Shown: piece after piece, positions 1 through 17,056 of the stretch
How positions within the stretch are numbered: the stretch's first letter is position 1
How the letters are laid out: each line of letters begins with the position of its first letter
Assembly (NCBI RefSeq): GCF_009914755.1
Contig: NC_060928.1
Direction: 5' to 3' (one strand)
Source of the DNA: the human T2T-CHM13v2.0 reference genome, Homo sapiens
Length of the DNA: 64,000 nt
The notes under the pieces: generated by a model
What the model was told of the DNA's origin: nothing
What the model saw: the letters and a program-made list of their open reading frames with translations, nothing else
Database searches by the model: none
Translations under genes and position numbers: made by a program

Positions 1-330
1 TATTATTGTATCTTGGGTAATTCATTGTGCTCATCGTTAAGGTTGCAAAGATGAAAAAGAGCAAGAAGCCTAGAGTTCAGCAAGAGATATATACCAGCAA
101 GTCATATCACTGAAATATATACAAAGTTCAATAGGATGACATGAAGGGACTGTCTGTCTGTAATGCAGTGAAGGGCATAAGAAATCTCATGGAGGAGGTG
201 ATCCTTCAGCTTAGTTTTGAAGATTGAGTAGTAATTTGGCAAGGTTAGTAAAACTAAAGGGTACACAGGTTTTTTTCTTTATAGTCACATATTTTGTGTA
301 TGTGGAAAGCTATGTTGGGGGCTGGAACAT

Positions 331-810
331 TGTGGTAAGCTGAATAATGGGACTCCCATATTATCCAGGCCCTAATCCCTAGCACCTGAGTATTACCTTC
401 TTCAGGAAAAGGGTCTTTGCAGGTGTGATTAAAGATTTTGAGATAAATTATCCTGGATTATCTGAATGGGACCTAAATGTGATCACAAGTGTCTAGATAA
501 AAAGGAAACAAGGAAATGTATCTATATAAAAGGAGAAAGGGATGTGATGATGGAAACAGAGATTAGAGGATATGCTTTGAAGGTGGAGAATCAGCCACAA
601 GTTTAGGAATACAGGCAGTCCCTACAAGCTGAAAAAGATGAGGCAATGGGTTCCACTCTCAAATCTCCAGAAGGAATCAGCCCTCCACCACCTTGATTTT
701 AGTCCAGTCTATCTGATTCTGACCTCCAGAACTGTAAGTTAATAAATTTGTGTTGTTTTATACTAATAATTTGTGGTTATTTGTTATAGCAACAACAAGA
801 AACTAATACA
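331..810 (+). mobile_element. MaLR solo LTR (MLT1, MLT1D-like)
   Basis: Starts TGTGGTAAGCTGAATAATGG and has MLT1 motifs (ccctaatccct, gattatcctggattat, ctgacctccagaactgtaag, aataaatttgtgttgtttta). Ends with the typical gaaactaataca. Confidence 0.8.
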
Positions 811-1509
811 AGCATAAACTCTTACCCTGAAATGCCTCACTTGAATCACATACTCTTGATATTACTCCCATGGGTTATCTTAAATTCACTCAAGAGCATT
901 GCAAATTTGATTGGTTTTATTCAGACGCACACCTCATATATTGTGATCTACATGCATTAAGGTCATTTTTCCCTATTTCTTGTCCAAACTGCAACCTAAG
1001 TTGAAGTTTTAATTGTCCATCACCATGCTCCAGGGAAGACCACATGGCCCAAGGGCACTTTCTTTGGAAAATCACTGAACTTATAAAAATAATATAACAG
1101 ATGATTTCTAAGATCTCAGTGTGTCCTATACTTAGATTTCAATTTCAAAAATATAACTTCAGCATCAACTCATAAAAATAAAATAGTGAATGAGAAATAG
1201 GAAGACAGTGAGGAATAAACTAGACAATCGTATACAGGAAAGGTTTATCCTATACAGTGAGAATAGAGATAAAGACATACCTCAAAGATGTTTTGGATTC
1301 AGAATCAGTTATCTCTGACTGGATAGTTGGGATTTTGGAGTCAAAGATAACTCTGAAATTTACAGCTTGGTCAACTGCATCATGTGGTAACTGAGCCAGG
1401 AAATTTGCATTTCAAAGAGGTGAATCGTTTTCAATATATTTAGTTTTAGATATTCATGGGACAACTGTGTAAGTATTGATATTTAAAAATAAAAATAGGT
1501 TTGTTCACT

Positions 1510-5000
<3,491 letters not shown>

Positions 5001-5059
5001 TTGTTTGTTTTATTTTTATTTTTTAGAGACAGGGTTTAACTATGTTGGCCAGGCTGTAG

Positions 5060-5765
5060 TGGGAATGTAAACTAGTACAACCACTAGTGAAAACAGTATA
5101 GAGATTACTCAAAAAGCTAAAAATAGAACCACAATTAAATCCAGCAATCCCACTAGTGGTTATCCATCCAAAGAAAAACAAATTAATATATTAAAGAATA
5201 CTGGCACTCATATGTTTATTGCAGCACTATTCACAATAGGAAAGATGTGGAATCACATCTTTCACATTAAACCTGTGTTTCAATTATAAGTTCCCAGAAA
5301 GAGATGAATCAATAAAGAAAATTTACGTGTACATATTAGAATACTCTTCAGTCATAAGAAAGAATGAAATTATGTCATCTGTGGCAACATAAATGTAACT
5401 GAAGATCATTATTTTAAGTGAAATAAACCAGGCGCAAAAAGACAAATACCACATTTTCTCACTTATTTGTGAGCGCTAAAAAATCTGATCACATGGAGGC
5501 AGAAAGTGGAAAGATGGAGAAAAGAGACTGGGAAGGGTGAGTTAGGGGAAGGAGGGAAGAAGATAAGTAGGTTAAAAGGTACAAACATGCAGTAAGATGG
5601 AATAAATTCAATGTTTGATAACAGAGTAGGGTGATGGTAGTTTAACAAAAATATATTGTATTCAGGAGATAGGCACTCTAAATATGCTGATTTGATCACT
5701 AGACATTATATATTTTAACAAAATTTGACATGTATCCCATACGTTTGTACAAATAATAAATAAAT
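5060..5765 (+). mobile_element. L1MA-type 3' end (ORF2 tail and 3'UTR)
   Basis: gggaatgtaaactagtacaaccact..., ccagcaatcccacta, gcagcactattcacaatag and aagtgaaataaaccaggc, ending in A-rich aaataataaataaa. Confidence 0.85.
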
Positions 5766-5806
5766 GCATAGATACACAGAAAGATTAAATGAGTTAATGC
5801 ATGTCA

Positions 5807-6200
<394 letters not shown>

Positions 6201-8241
6201 TAAAGATGGTATGTAATAGAGAGGCTGATGTGCCAATATAGATTTGGGAGGTTAAGTGAAGCCACTACCTCGGTATACTTTGGGAAGAACGTGCAGAAGA
6301 AGAAAATAGTCCCAATTCCAGAATAATAAGAAATGAAAAGTGGAAAACTCAGGATATAAAAGAAGATCTAGTAAGAGAGACTGAAAAACAATCTAAAGGA
6401 GAAGAGCAAAAACAAAGGTAATGTTAAATTCAAGGGAAGAATTCCAGAGATCTGTCCACTCTTGCATATCAGAAAGGGAGATATAATAAAGGATTGGTGA
6501 TTGCGAAGCAGTGCTGGAATTCTAGATGAGATAAGAATTCATAAATCTGCAGATTTTTCCCCAGATTCACTGTAAGTTTTATGTTCTTACAATAATATAG
6601 AAGTACATTAAACCTGTGTTTCAATTATCATGAGGCTAAAAAAAAAACCTGGCTTAACTCTGATTTAAAAAAATTGCCATTTGGATTCATACTGTTATTT
6701 AGATTAGTGAAATCTTCCATCTTCATCTTATAAATTATATGCTATTATGGTTTCTGGTTATAGCATAGGGATTTTTACTCCATGGAAAATAAAATCAGTA
6801 GAGCTACATTACAAACAAGTATACCAGTTGATCTTTGAAATGTGAAGTTTCTGATACAATCATGAAGAAAAGGATATTTAAGTAGGAAACTGTAATCTAC
6901 CTTTGTGTTCCTTTTAACTTTTGTCACAGTGTCACTGTGGTCATGACTCCCAAGTGGCAAGATTATTAATCTCTACTTGATAAAAACATGTTGCCAGAGT
7001 CAAATTTGTATGAAACCAAGGGAGATTCTAAAATTCATATTTCTCTACTTCATGTTTCATAGATAAAAAGATTTGTGTTGATCACTAGGCTAGAAAAACA
7101 ACTGTTTTCTCCTAATTCTGTTTACATGTAAAGTTTACTTTCAAGTGGGCTTGCTTTTGAGCTAAAATAGTCTTTTCTATTATACTAACCATAAGTCACT
7201 TTAGCTTGAGCTGTTATAAAATATTAAATCAATTTTAATTATTCTCCCCTAAGGGTATAAGACTAAGATATTTCTTTTCACATTTTAAACACATTCATCA
7301 TATTAAGCTTGATATATTAATGTATAACGAACTTGGAGCTTGTTTCCAATATTGGATCAATGGGCTGGAAATAGACAAACTTTCCCTTCCTCCCCAGTGA
7401 TCTGGGCAGCAGCAACCTTGGTCTCAGCTAGAGATATATGGTGATTCTCTTGGAGATTTTACTAATTTTTCCATCAAGGACTTTTTGATGTGCAAACCAT
7501 TGGTTACATGACTTTTATAAGTGTCTCCTTCCTTAAAATATTCAAGTATATACTTTATTGATTTAGAAAATATTGATGATCCCAAAAGAGTGGGTAGTGA
7601 ATGAAAAACAATATTCTTGACTTCCAGGAATGTTTAATAGAAATTGTTGGCTTCCTTCCCTGACTTAATTCCTGCTAAGATGCCGCACTGAGATTTGTCT
7701 GTCTATGCCTATGATGGGAATGATTGGACACTGGTTTACTGGTTTGCTGTGAAGGCAGATCCCATAGGTTTTCATAGGTTTTTTTTTTTTAAATTTTTAC
7801 CTATATAAGATCATTTAGAAAATAATATAACACAATGATTAACACCTCATGATTGATGTCAAACAGATCTCTCCAAATCCAGAATTTGCCACTCATTATG
7901 ATTTTTTTAACCTTCTAAGTCTAACGCATGGCATGTCTGAGGACAAATAAAAAATAAAGGCTATTAGTCCTCTATTTTGGTTCTACTTTCATAGCACATA
8001 ATATAGCATTCTGATATGCCACGTCATTTAATGCCGACCTTAGAAAGGATTATAGCAGTTAGAAATGAGAAAAATCGAGTAAGAAATGTGCTGACATCTT
8101 TCATTTCATATCATCTGCTGATGTCGACAGATAATTGAGCACTCTCTATGTGCCAGGAAAAGCTGTAGGTAGTGATATCAAGCTTAGTATTTCCATAAAT
8201 GAAGTTAACATTGAAGATGAACACTTGAAATTGAAGTTCCT

Positions 8242-8576
8242 AGGCTGGGCATGGTGTGCATTCCTGTAATCCTAGTGCTTTGGGAGGCGGAGGCAGGCAG
8301 ATTGCTTGAGCTCAGGAGTTTGAGACCAGACTGGGTAACATGCCAAAACCCCACCTCTACAAAAAAATAGGAAAAAATTAGTCAGGCAGGGTGGCTTGTG
8401 ACCGTAGTCCCAGCTACTTGGAGGGGGACTGAGGTGGGAGAATCCCTTGAGCCCAGGAGGTTGAGGCTGCAGTGAGCCGACATTACACTACTAAGCTCCA
8501 GCCAGAGTAACAAAGTGAGACCCTGTTCCCCTCCCCACATTTGCCCCGCAACCCCACCCTCCCCCCACAAAAAAAT
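8242..8576 (+). mobile_element. AluJ with a C-rich modified tail
   Basis: AluJ diagnostics (gattgcttgagctcaggag, gagcccaggaggttgaggctgcagtgag). The tail region is replaced by C-runs at 8521-8568. Confidence 0.9.
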
Positions 8577-11500
8577 TAAAATCCCTTAATGTACTAGTAC
8601 ATCATGTCCTACCATTGTTATCACTTACAAAGGAAATTGGCAATCTGCCCTTGTGAATAGGGAAGGTGATATTTAACACTTATAATGAGCTACATATTTT
8701 CATATACAATATCTCAATTAATTTAGTCATTAAAAATTGGCATATGATTTTTTACTCAGTCTTAGATTCAATAACAGGAAATCATAAAAGTTTATGAATG
8801 TATTCAAAATTGGATACATAAATGAATAATATAGAGGGAGTTTCTCCAAGTATAATATTTCAAGTTGCATGCATTAAAAATTAACATAACCAAGCTTAAA
8901 ATATAAATTGTTTACAATCAATTCTATATGAAGAAAATATTTGCAGTTGGTTCATAACTGTTAGAAAATGCCATCAAAGAATTGGATATTAGAAGTATAA
9001 GGTGTTTTGAGGGGAGAGATATAATTCTCAAATCTCTTTTCTTCCCTCTTTTAGATTTCTTTTAAAATAATTAAGACCAAAATATTTCCAGACTACTTGT
9101 CAGATTTCCAAATGAAGTCTCAAGTCTCAAAATAACCAACAAAGCTCTGGTACTTGTAAAATACAAGTAAATACAAATCCATCATAAGTCGGTCTAACAA
9201 AATTATGTTCCCAATTTTGGTTATCTAAACAATTAATTAATGAATTAATTTTTCTAGGCATATAATAGTGTATTTATTGGTTTATGTTTCAAGAGACAAA
9301 TGTCTAATTTCAATCCTGCCATTCACTCCAGCTTGGCAACTTTGAAAATTCTTGTCACTGCGGCTCCTGCTTCCCTATTAATAAAATACTAATGACAATG
9401 TTCTGCCTTCCTTAGAGAATAAGTTTGTAAAATATAGTAGAAATTATTTTGAATGTTAAAATTATATATAATAATCTTAATATTATTTTAATATATCTTA
9501 ATAATTTGAATTAAGCCATTTGGATTCATAGCTTTTATTTAGATTGGTGAAATCTTCCATTTGCATCATATATATATATATATATATATATTCAAATTTG
9601 GGGTATTCGTATAGTCTAAATTTGCTGAATTTCAAGTTTTGTGAACGTTTTCTTAAATTGGAAAACTATTGTGGATAATGGAAAGTTTTTACTGAAGTAG
9701 TAATGCCATTTTAATATTCAGTGATGGTATTGAAAGACTGAGCATCGTCTATCACAGTTCCTTGTTCAATAAAAGGGTGAGTATCCGTTCTTTATTTTTT
9801 ACTACTCTTTTAAAAAGTCCTACTCCCAAGTTGAATTTTTTTTGTAAGGCTAAAGAAAAAAATCCTAATGGAAAAGTAAAATCGCAACTTCTTGGCCTGA
9901 GACCACGTAACACTGTTTTTCAGATGGGAAAAGAGGAAGAGTGAAAAATGCGATGAACCCTTAATACTATAAGCTCCTCTAACTGAGATGCGGTGGTAAT
10001 TGCTTTTTATTTTTTTGTAACATCTCCTGGAAATGGTAATGCTTTCAAGTGAGGATCAAAGAGAATGACCTACATAAGAAATAGATTGCAACATGTAGTT
10101 ACATTTTTCATCCTTTGTAATATGCTTTTTGCATCCATACTTCTAATGTGAAATACAGCATAATGCTCATCATTTTTCAAAATGAGTTGCCACTAAGGTC
10201 AGATGGGATACTTGGAAACTATAAAAAAGGTGATTTGGACCAAGGTGTTAATGCCAATAGGTGAATCAGTCTTCGCAGACCATCCTTGTGCATTTAAAGA
10301 AAATAACACCAAAGATTCAGAAACACACACACATATATTATCTGTTTCCGATGTGGTGTATTTATGCAAGTATATATCATCAGAAATGGGCAATTCATCT
10401 CTATTTTATTACCCAAAATATTCATCAAAAAGCAAACGGTGTAATAGTAAGACAGGTAATAAAATGATACAGCTTTTAAGGCTCATAAACACATTTAATT
10501 CAGTTTTTTCCCAGCCATAAATTTGGCCAATCAAGAGGTGTCCTTCAACATATGTTAACCACGTATTTTACCAAGAATTTTTCACAAGAAAAGATATCTT
10601 TTGCCAACCAATCACAGGGCTAAAGTCATGCCATTATTGTTCTAGTCCGAAATAATGTGCAAATTATTATCTAACAATGCATCAGATATTTTCAATGATG
10701 AAAGTTACCCAAAGAGGCAAGAGTTAAAAGTTGTGTGGAAAGTTTCAGTGTCTAGAAATTGGCAGAGAAAGAATCCAGTGGTACCAGGAAAAAGGCAAAT
10801 GACTTAATTCACAAACTTTCTCAAGGGCTGTCCTTTTCCAGTTCTCCTTCCACCAACAAATGTAAAACATCCTATCCTGACACTATGCTGTTTCTTGAGA
10901 AAAGATGGAAATCATTCTCCGATATCATTTATAATTATCCTTGACAGCAGAAGAGGGTGAAAAAAGAATTTATTAGTGACCCAGATAGAGTGAGTACATT
11001 GAAAATAGTCACATTTGTTTTGATGGAAAATGATTCTTATCTTACAAAGATATCTGAAGAGGTGTTCTATGGCTATAGCATCACCATTCCTTTAAAAAAT
11101 AAAATTACTTTCTGCATGAAGTCTAGAGGTAGCCTTTGAGGGTCATTTCAGGGAGGCCTGAATGAACTGATGGATGTCCGCCAGTATGCACTTAACAATT
11201 TGGGGACAAACATAAAGGGCTGTAAGGATACACAACAAAATAGAAATGGATTAGCCAATATGTCTCCAATAAAAGAAAGTGCTTCTGTAAAGCGATAGCT
11301 GCATTTTATTGTATATTACAGATTTATTTGCTCCATACAGAGTTTGCTATATATTTTCTGAATATCTGTTTATTGGATCTTATTTGTCCCATAATCATGG
11401 TAACATTTGATATGTATTTCTGTTAAAAGAAACATTGTTTCTAAGATATCAAGCTCTAAATGACAAATCACTTAATTTAATGAAACGCCTTTTTGATAAG

Positions 11501-14480
11501 AGAACATTTAAATAAAACATTTTGTATATAAAATGTTGAAACAAAACTACTTTAAGTTGCAACTAATCTTAAATGTTTTGACCATCTTATAGAACAAATA
11601 TCCTGAATTGAAGTCTTTCAGGGTTTATTAAAACATCTTTCGAATATTCTACTATTCCAAAGTCTGTTTAGGCTTGCACCTTCATGAAAGAGATACTTTT
11701 GGAAATGAACAAATGAAACCAGACTAAATGCAGGAGGTGATAAAAGCACACAAATTGTCCAAACTAAAAATGCTTAAGCAAATGTGACAATAGGCTTCAC
11801 AATCATAAAAATTATCTACTAAGGAATTTGAAAATTTTGCATGCAGATAATACACAGTGCAAAAGTTCCTTGATTTATTTATCCAATTTAAAAACATGGT
11901 ATTATCAAAAAATGAAATAAAATACAGGGATGTTCAATAAACATGGATTAACTAAATTAACTTTTAAATATTTTAAGATTTGTGAATTCTATATTATAAA
12001 AACTCTATGAAGATTTCCACATATAATGTATTGTATATATTCATGCTTACTTTAGTTATAACACTATAAGAAGTTTTACTTGATAAAACCAGTTCAAAGA
12101 TAAATATTAAAAAGTGATATAATTTCTAGGTATACCTTTTGTATTCATAGGACACTTGTTTATTATTTTGGAGGTTTTTAATATGAAGGATTTTTAGTTG
12201 GTACCTAAAACTAATTGAAAGTTTTAAGTTATAATAAATGTACAGAGTTTGTTTCAATTTCTGATGCTTCATGCTTTCATTTTAGCAGACAGTAGAAATG
12301 TTTTTTCATGTGCCATGTTTGCCAAGAAAAAGCACAATATTCTTCATGCAGATCTTAAAATATTGGCTTAGAAACTAAAAATCTAATTTCTGTGGGAAAA
12401 AAAAAAAGTGGAACAAGAAATATTCATCCAGTTAGATAACTATTTGGAAAGCACTGCAGAGATGAATAAATTACCCCTGAGAATTAGGTTCAAGATTTTG
12501 GGAAAGATCTTGTGTTTGGTGATTCACATTTATTCCCTTCTTTTAAGAGATAGCTCTGAAAGGAAGAAATCTCAGTATCCTTCTCTTGAAGTAATAAATA
12601 TTTTCACATGCACAGAAATGAAGGTAGTGTTTTCTTGCAAGAGCCTATTTGATTTCTGGATTGTGTATCTAGATTCTATACCAGAATACCAGAGCTAGCT
12701 AGACTGAATTTTATATATTGTGAAATTAGCATCCTCGGTTTACAGAAAGAAAACTGAGTCTCAGAGAGATATATTGCATCCTTGATGACTCCAATTTGTA
12801 CAGGTTACAACCCCCAAACAAACATTGCACTGTAGAGAACTGATAGTCAGTTTTACCATTTAAAAATGTTTTGTACAGGAAGTCTAGTGCTTTTTTTGAA
12901 GCTCTTACAGTGCTTCCTTACACTGATCTCTTACAGTGATCCTAAGTGTTTAACATGGTTTTAGTTTTACATCTCAACTCTCCTCCCTGATCTATCCATC
13001 TAGACAATGGTCAGAATTAAAATGTTTGTGGATGATGAATGATATCAAATATTTAATAAGCTATTCTAAATCATCGGACTGTAATTACATAAAAGGTTGT
13101 TATAATGAAAGCAAGTGGCTTATGTGGCCAATAGAACCCTGGTATAAAATATTATAGTCTCATAATTCAAAATATGCTTTTGATTGTTATTTGATGTAAC
13201 ATAAGAGTTCAAGAATAAAAATCGACTTGTCTATTATTTATTCCGCAGTTTTAGGCTCATAAAATTCTGTAAAAGAGATTTGCCTTCTACAAAGCCAGCA
13301 CGACTCTGTGTGGTACTAGTCACTTGGAAAATTTAAGCTCACATTTTTAATACATATATCAGCAGTCTCTTTAGCAGTGAGATTTCATAGTTTCTTTTCA
13401 AAAATTATGTGTACATATGTATATATTTATATTTATTTTAGGCAGGCAGATGTACATTTTATTCTGTGACCAGAGCTGGAATCTGAGCAAAGCTGTTCTT
13501 TTCCATGATGTCTAGAGACAAAGGTTAAGATTTTTACTTCTAAGTAGCAAATAGTTTATCGAGTATGCGTTAAGTTTATTTCTCTCTTTATTTACTTGTG
13601 AGTTAGGCTGGTTATTTATTTGCTTAAGAAATCCTTAGATTTGTATGGAAGAACACAGTCATAACATTTTTAGCATTCTCCTTATTCAACACTTTATGTC
13701 CAAAATCTGAAAATCTACAGTTGTCACCAATCAGGCCAAGCTATCGTTGGTTAGTGGAAACTTGCTGACTGACACTGCAGAATAGTTGAAGGAAAGCCCT
13801 GAGTAGCAGCCCCTCAATTAGTCAAGGGTCAGGTGGTGAACAGTTCAGCATCAATGCTGATAGAAATGGTGCATAAATGCTAACATTGTTACAAAGAACA
13901 TGACTTGGTAGTATCATTGTAAAATTGCATTTATATTCAGTAGCACATTGTATATGCATGTATAAACTATTTTCATTATTTTTGGAGGAATTATATTTGA
14001 GAACAGTATATTGAGACTTGAAAAACATCTAATTTATTTTCCTTATTTTTTTGTTACATGTGTCCCAGTATAAAAATTACTAATCATTAAATGTTAATAT
14101 TAATTTAATATAATTGGTAATTTATGTGCATGCTTTTAACTTTTGTGTCGTGGTAATCAAAGCAAAAAGCACTTTCTTTTTCTTTTGTCTTTGTATGTGG
14201 AAGGAGAAAAAAAAGCACTGTAATCTGTATTATGTAGATAGGAGAGAAAGTCACTAACATATTACGTTTCTGATTCGTCACCATACAGAATGTTCGGGCC
14301 CATTGAAAATAAAAGAAACTCTTAGTGTCTGCTTCTTTTAATCTTTAATATAAAGTACTATAATATAAAATAACAATAAAGCACTAAATGCCATATTCAT
14401 TCATTTTCCATGAAAAATTAGATATTATAGACAAGCATTCATATTCTAATTTTTTCTTAAGTAACAATGACAATCTCTAA

Positions 14481-14700
<220 letters not shown>

Positions 14701-14832
14701 TTCTTTCTATTGTTTAAAGTAAGAGAACAAAGTAATAGAGTCAATAACTATTCTTTCTTTTACTGGTTGGCTTTGCCCAACTTTTTGGATCATTAGTTTT
14801 CATAATGCAATGTCAGTTTATCTTTTGTTTCT

Positions 14833-15978
14833 TATATATATATATATTTATATATATATTTATATATATATTTATATATATATTTATATATATATTTATA
14901 TATATATTTATATATATATTTATATATATATTTATATATATATTTATATATATATTTATATATATATATTTATATATATATTTATATATATATTTATATA
15001 TATATTTATATATATTTATATATATATTTATATATATATTTATATATATATTTATATATATTTATATATATATTTATATATATATTTATATATATTTATA
15101 TATATATTTATATATATATTTATATATATTTATATATATATTTATATATATATTTATATATATTTATATATATTTATATATATTTATATATATTTATATA
15201 TATTTATATATATTTATATATATATTTATATATATATTTATATATATTTATATATATATTTATATATATATTTATATATATTTATATATATATTTATATA
15301 TATTTATATATATTTATATATATATTTATATATATTTATATATATTTATATATATATTTCTGTATATATTTATATATATATTTATATATATGTATATATA
15401 TTTATATATATTTATATATATATTTATATATATATTTTTATATATGTTTATATATATTTTTATATATATTTATATATATATTTCTATATATATTTCTATA
15501 TATATTTATATATTTATATATATTTATATATATATTTATATATTTATATATATTTATATATATATTTATATATTTATATATATTTATATATATTTATATA
15601 TATGTTTATATATATTTATATATATTTATATATATGTTTATATATATTTATGTATATTTATATATATGTTTATATATATTTATGTATATTTATATATATT
15701 TATATATATTTATGTATATTTATGTATATTTATATATATTTATATATATATTTATGTATATTTATATATATATTTATATATATTTATGTATATTTATATA
15801 TATTTATATATATTTATATATATTTATATATATATTTATGTATATTTATATATATATTTATATATATTTATATATATTTATATATATTTATATATATATT
15901 TATATATATTTATATATTTATATATATTTATATATATATTTATATATTTATATATATTTATATATAAATATATATAAA

Positions 15979-15994
<16 letters not shown>
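14833..15994. repeat. ~1.16 kb complex (TA)n / (TATATTTA)n low-complexity array
   Basis: Almost pure A/T: TA runs punctuated by TTT, with G- and C-containing variants only in the right half (from ~15360). Confidence 0.99.
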
Positions 15995-16009
<15 letters not shown>

Positions 16010-16289
16010 GAGAAGGAGTCTCACTCTTTTGCCCAGGCTGGTGTGCAGTGGCGTGATCTTGGCTCACTGCAAGCTTGGCCTCCTGGGTTCACGCCATTCT
16101 CCTACCACAGCCTCCTGAGTAGCTGGGACTACAGGCACCGCCACCACGCTCAGCTAACTTTTTGTATTTTTAGTAGAGACAGGGTTTCACTGTGTTAGCC
16201 AGGATGGTCTCGATCTGCTGACCTCGTGATCCGCCCGCCTCGGCCTCCCAAAGTGCTGGGATTATAGGTGTGAGCCACCGCGCCCGACC
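15995..16289 (-). mobile_element. AluY
   Basis: AluY diagnostics (gcaagct, gggttcacgccattctcc, ttagccaggatggtctcgatct, cctcgtgatccgcccgcc). TSD ttatcttttgtt at 14818-14829 / 16290-16301 encloses both the Alu and the TA array. Confidence 0.95.
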
Positions 16290-17056
16290 TTATCTTTTGT
16301 TATTTTTAAAAATAGAACTCTATTTAATCAAATCATGTTTCTTTAATTTTATTTTGAAATATTTTCTTTATAAACTAGTCACAGGAAAGTGTGTGTGTGT
16401 ATATAAATAATTTTTATACTTATTTAAAGTACATTAGAATACAGATAGTTTTGTGTATATGTATATATACACACACACACACACCCCTCCATTGTTAATA
16501 GAAATGGAAATAACAATGAAAATCATCTTGATTATTCTAATTTTATATATAAAGTAAGTCTCAGAGAGATTTTGAAGCACTGTTAGGTATACAACTAGAA
16601 TCCCAGTTTCCAAATGTCTGCTTTCCTAGCAAAGGATTGTGAAGTTTCTAAAGTCATGTAATTAAAATAGCTGTCAGTTAACCAAAATAAATAGAATTTT
16701 GCAAGAATTTAAAGTATATTCCTGAGTATTAGAAAATGGTCAGCCTGTGTGACTCTCCATTGAATAATTCTGATAAGTTGTTTTAGGTTGGGTAGCAAAG
16801 AATAAATAATATTTGATTCTTTTAGAAAAGGTTTATTATTAAGCCTCTAATACTGCAGCACCTTGTAAAATGCATCCCGAACTGCTAAGCCCACCATCTA
16901 TTCATCTAAGATCCTGTGGGCACTTAACTTAAAATTGTAGAGATTATGCCTAATAACCTACTTGTATGCTCAGCTTACGTGCTATAGATTATAGGGGTTC
17001 TGTGGGTAGTTCTCTAGAAGTGTTATCTATGGCTGCCTTTTATCTGAATGTATTAT

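Noticed and set aside
6900-7030. Minus-strand AG...GT exon-like segment
   Set aside because: Stops in all three frames and a weak donor (GTAGAT).
7397-7770. GC-richer blocks after pyrimidine-AG sites, possible terminal exons
   Set aside because: There are early stops in the candidate frames and no recognisable protein, so an exon call cannot be supported.
10203-10520. 105-aa ORF in unique sequence
   Set aside because: No recognisable homology or splice context; consistent with a chance ORF.
14805-16011. 390, 385 and 125 aa ORFs rich in Y/I/F/L
   Set aside because: Artefacts of the stop-free TA array; not proteins.
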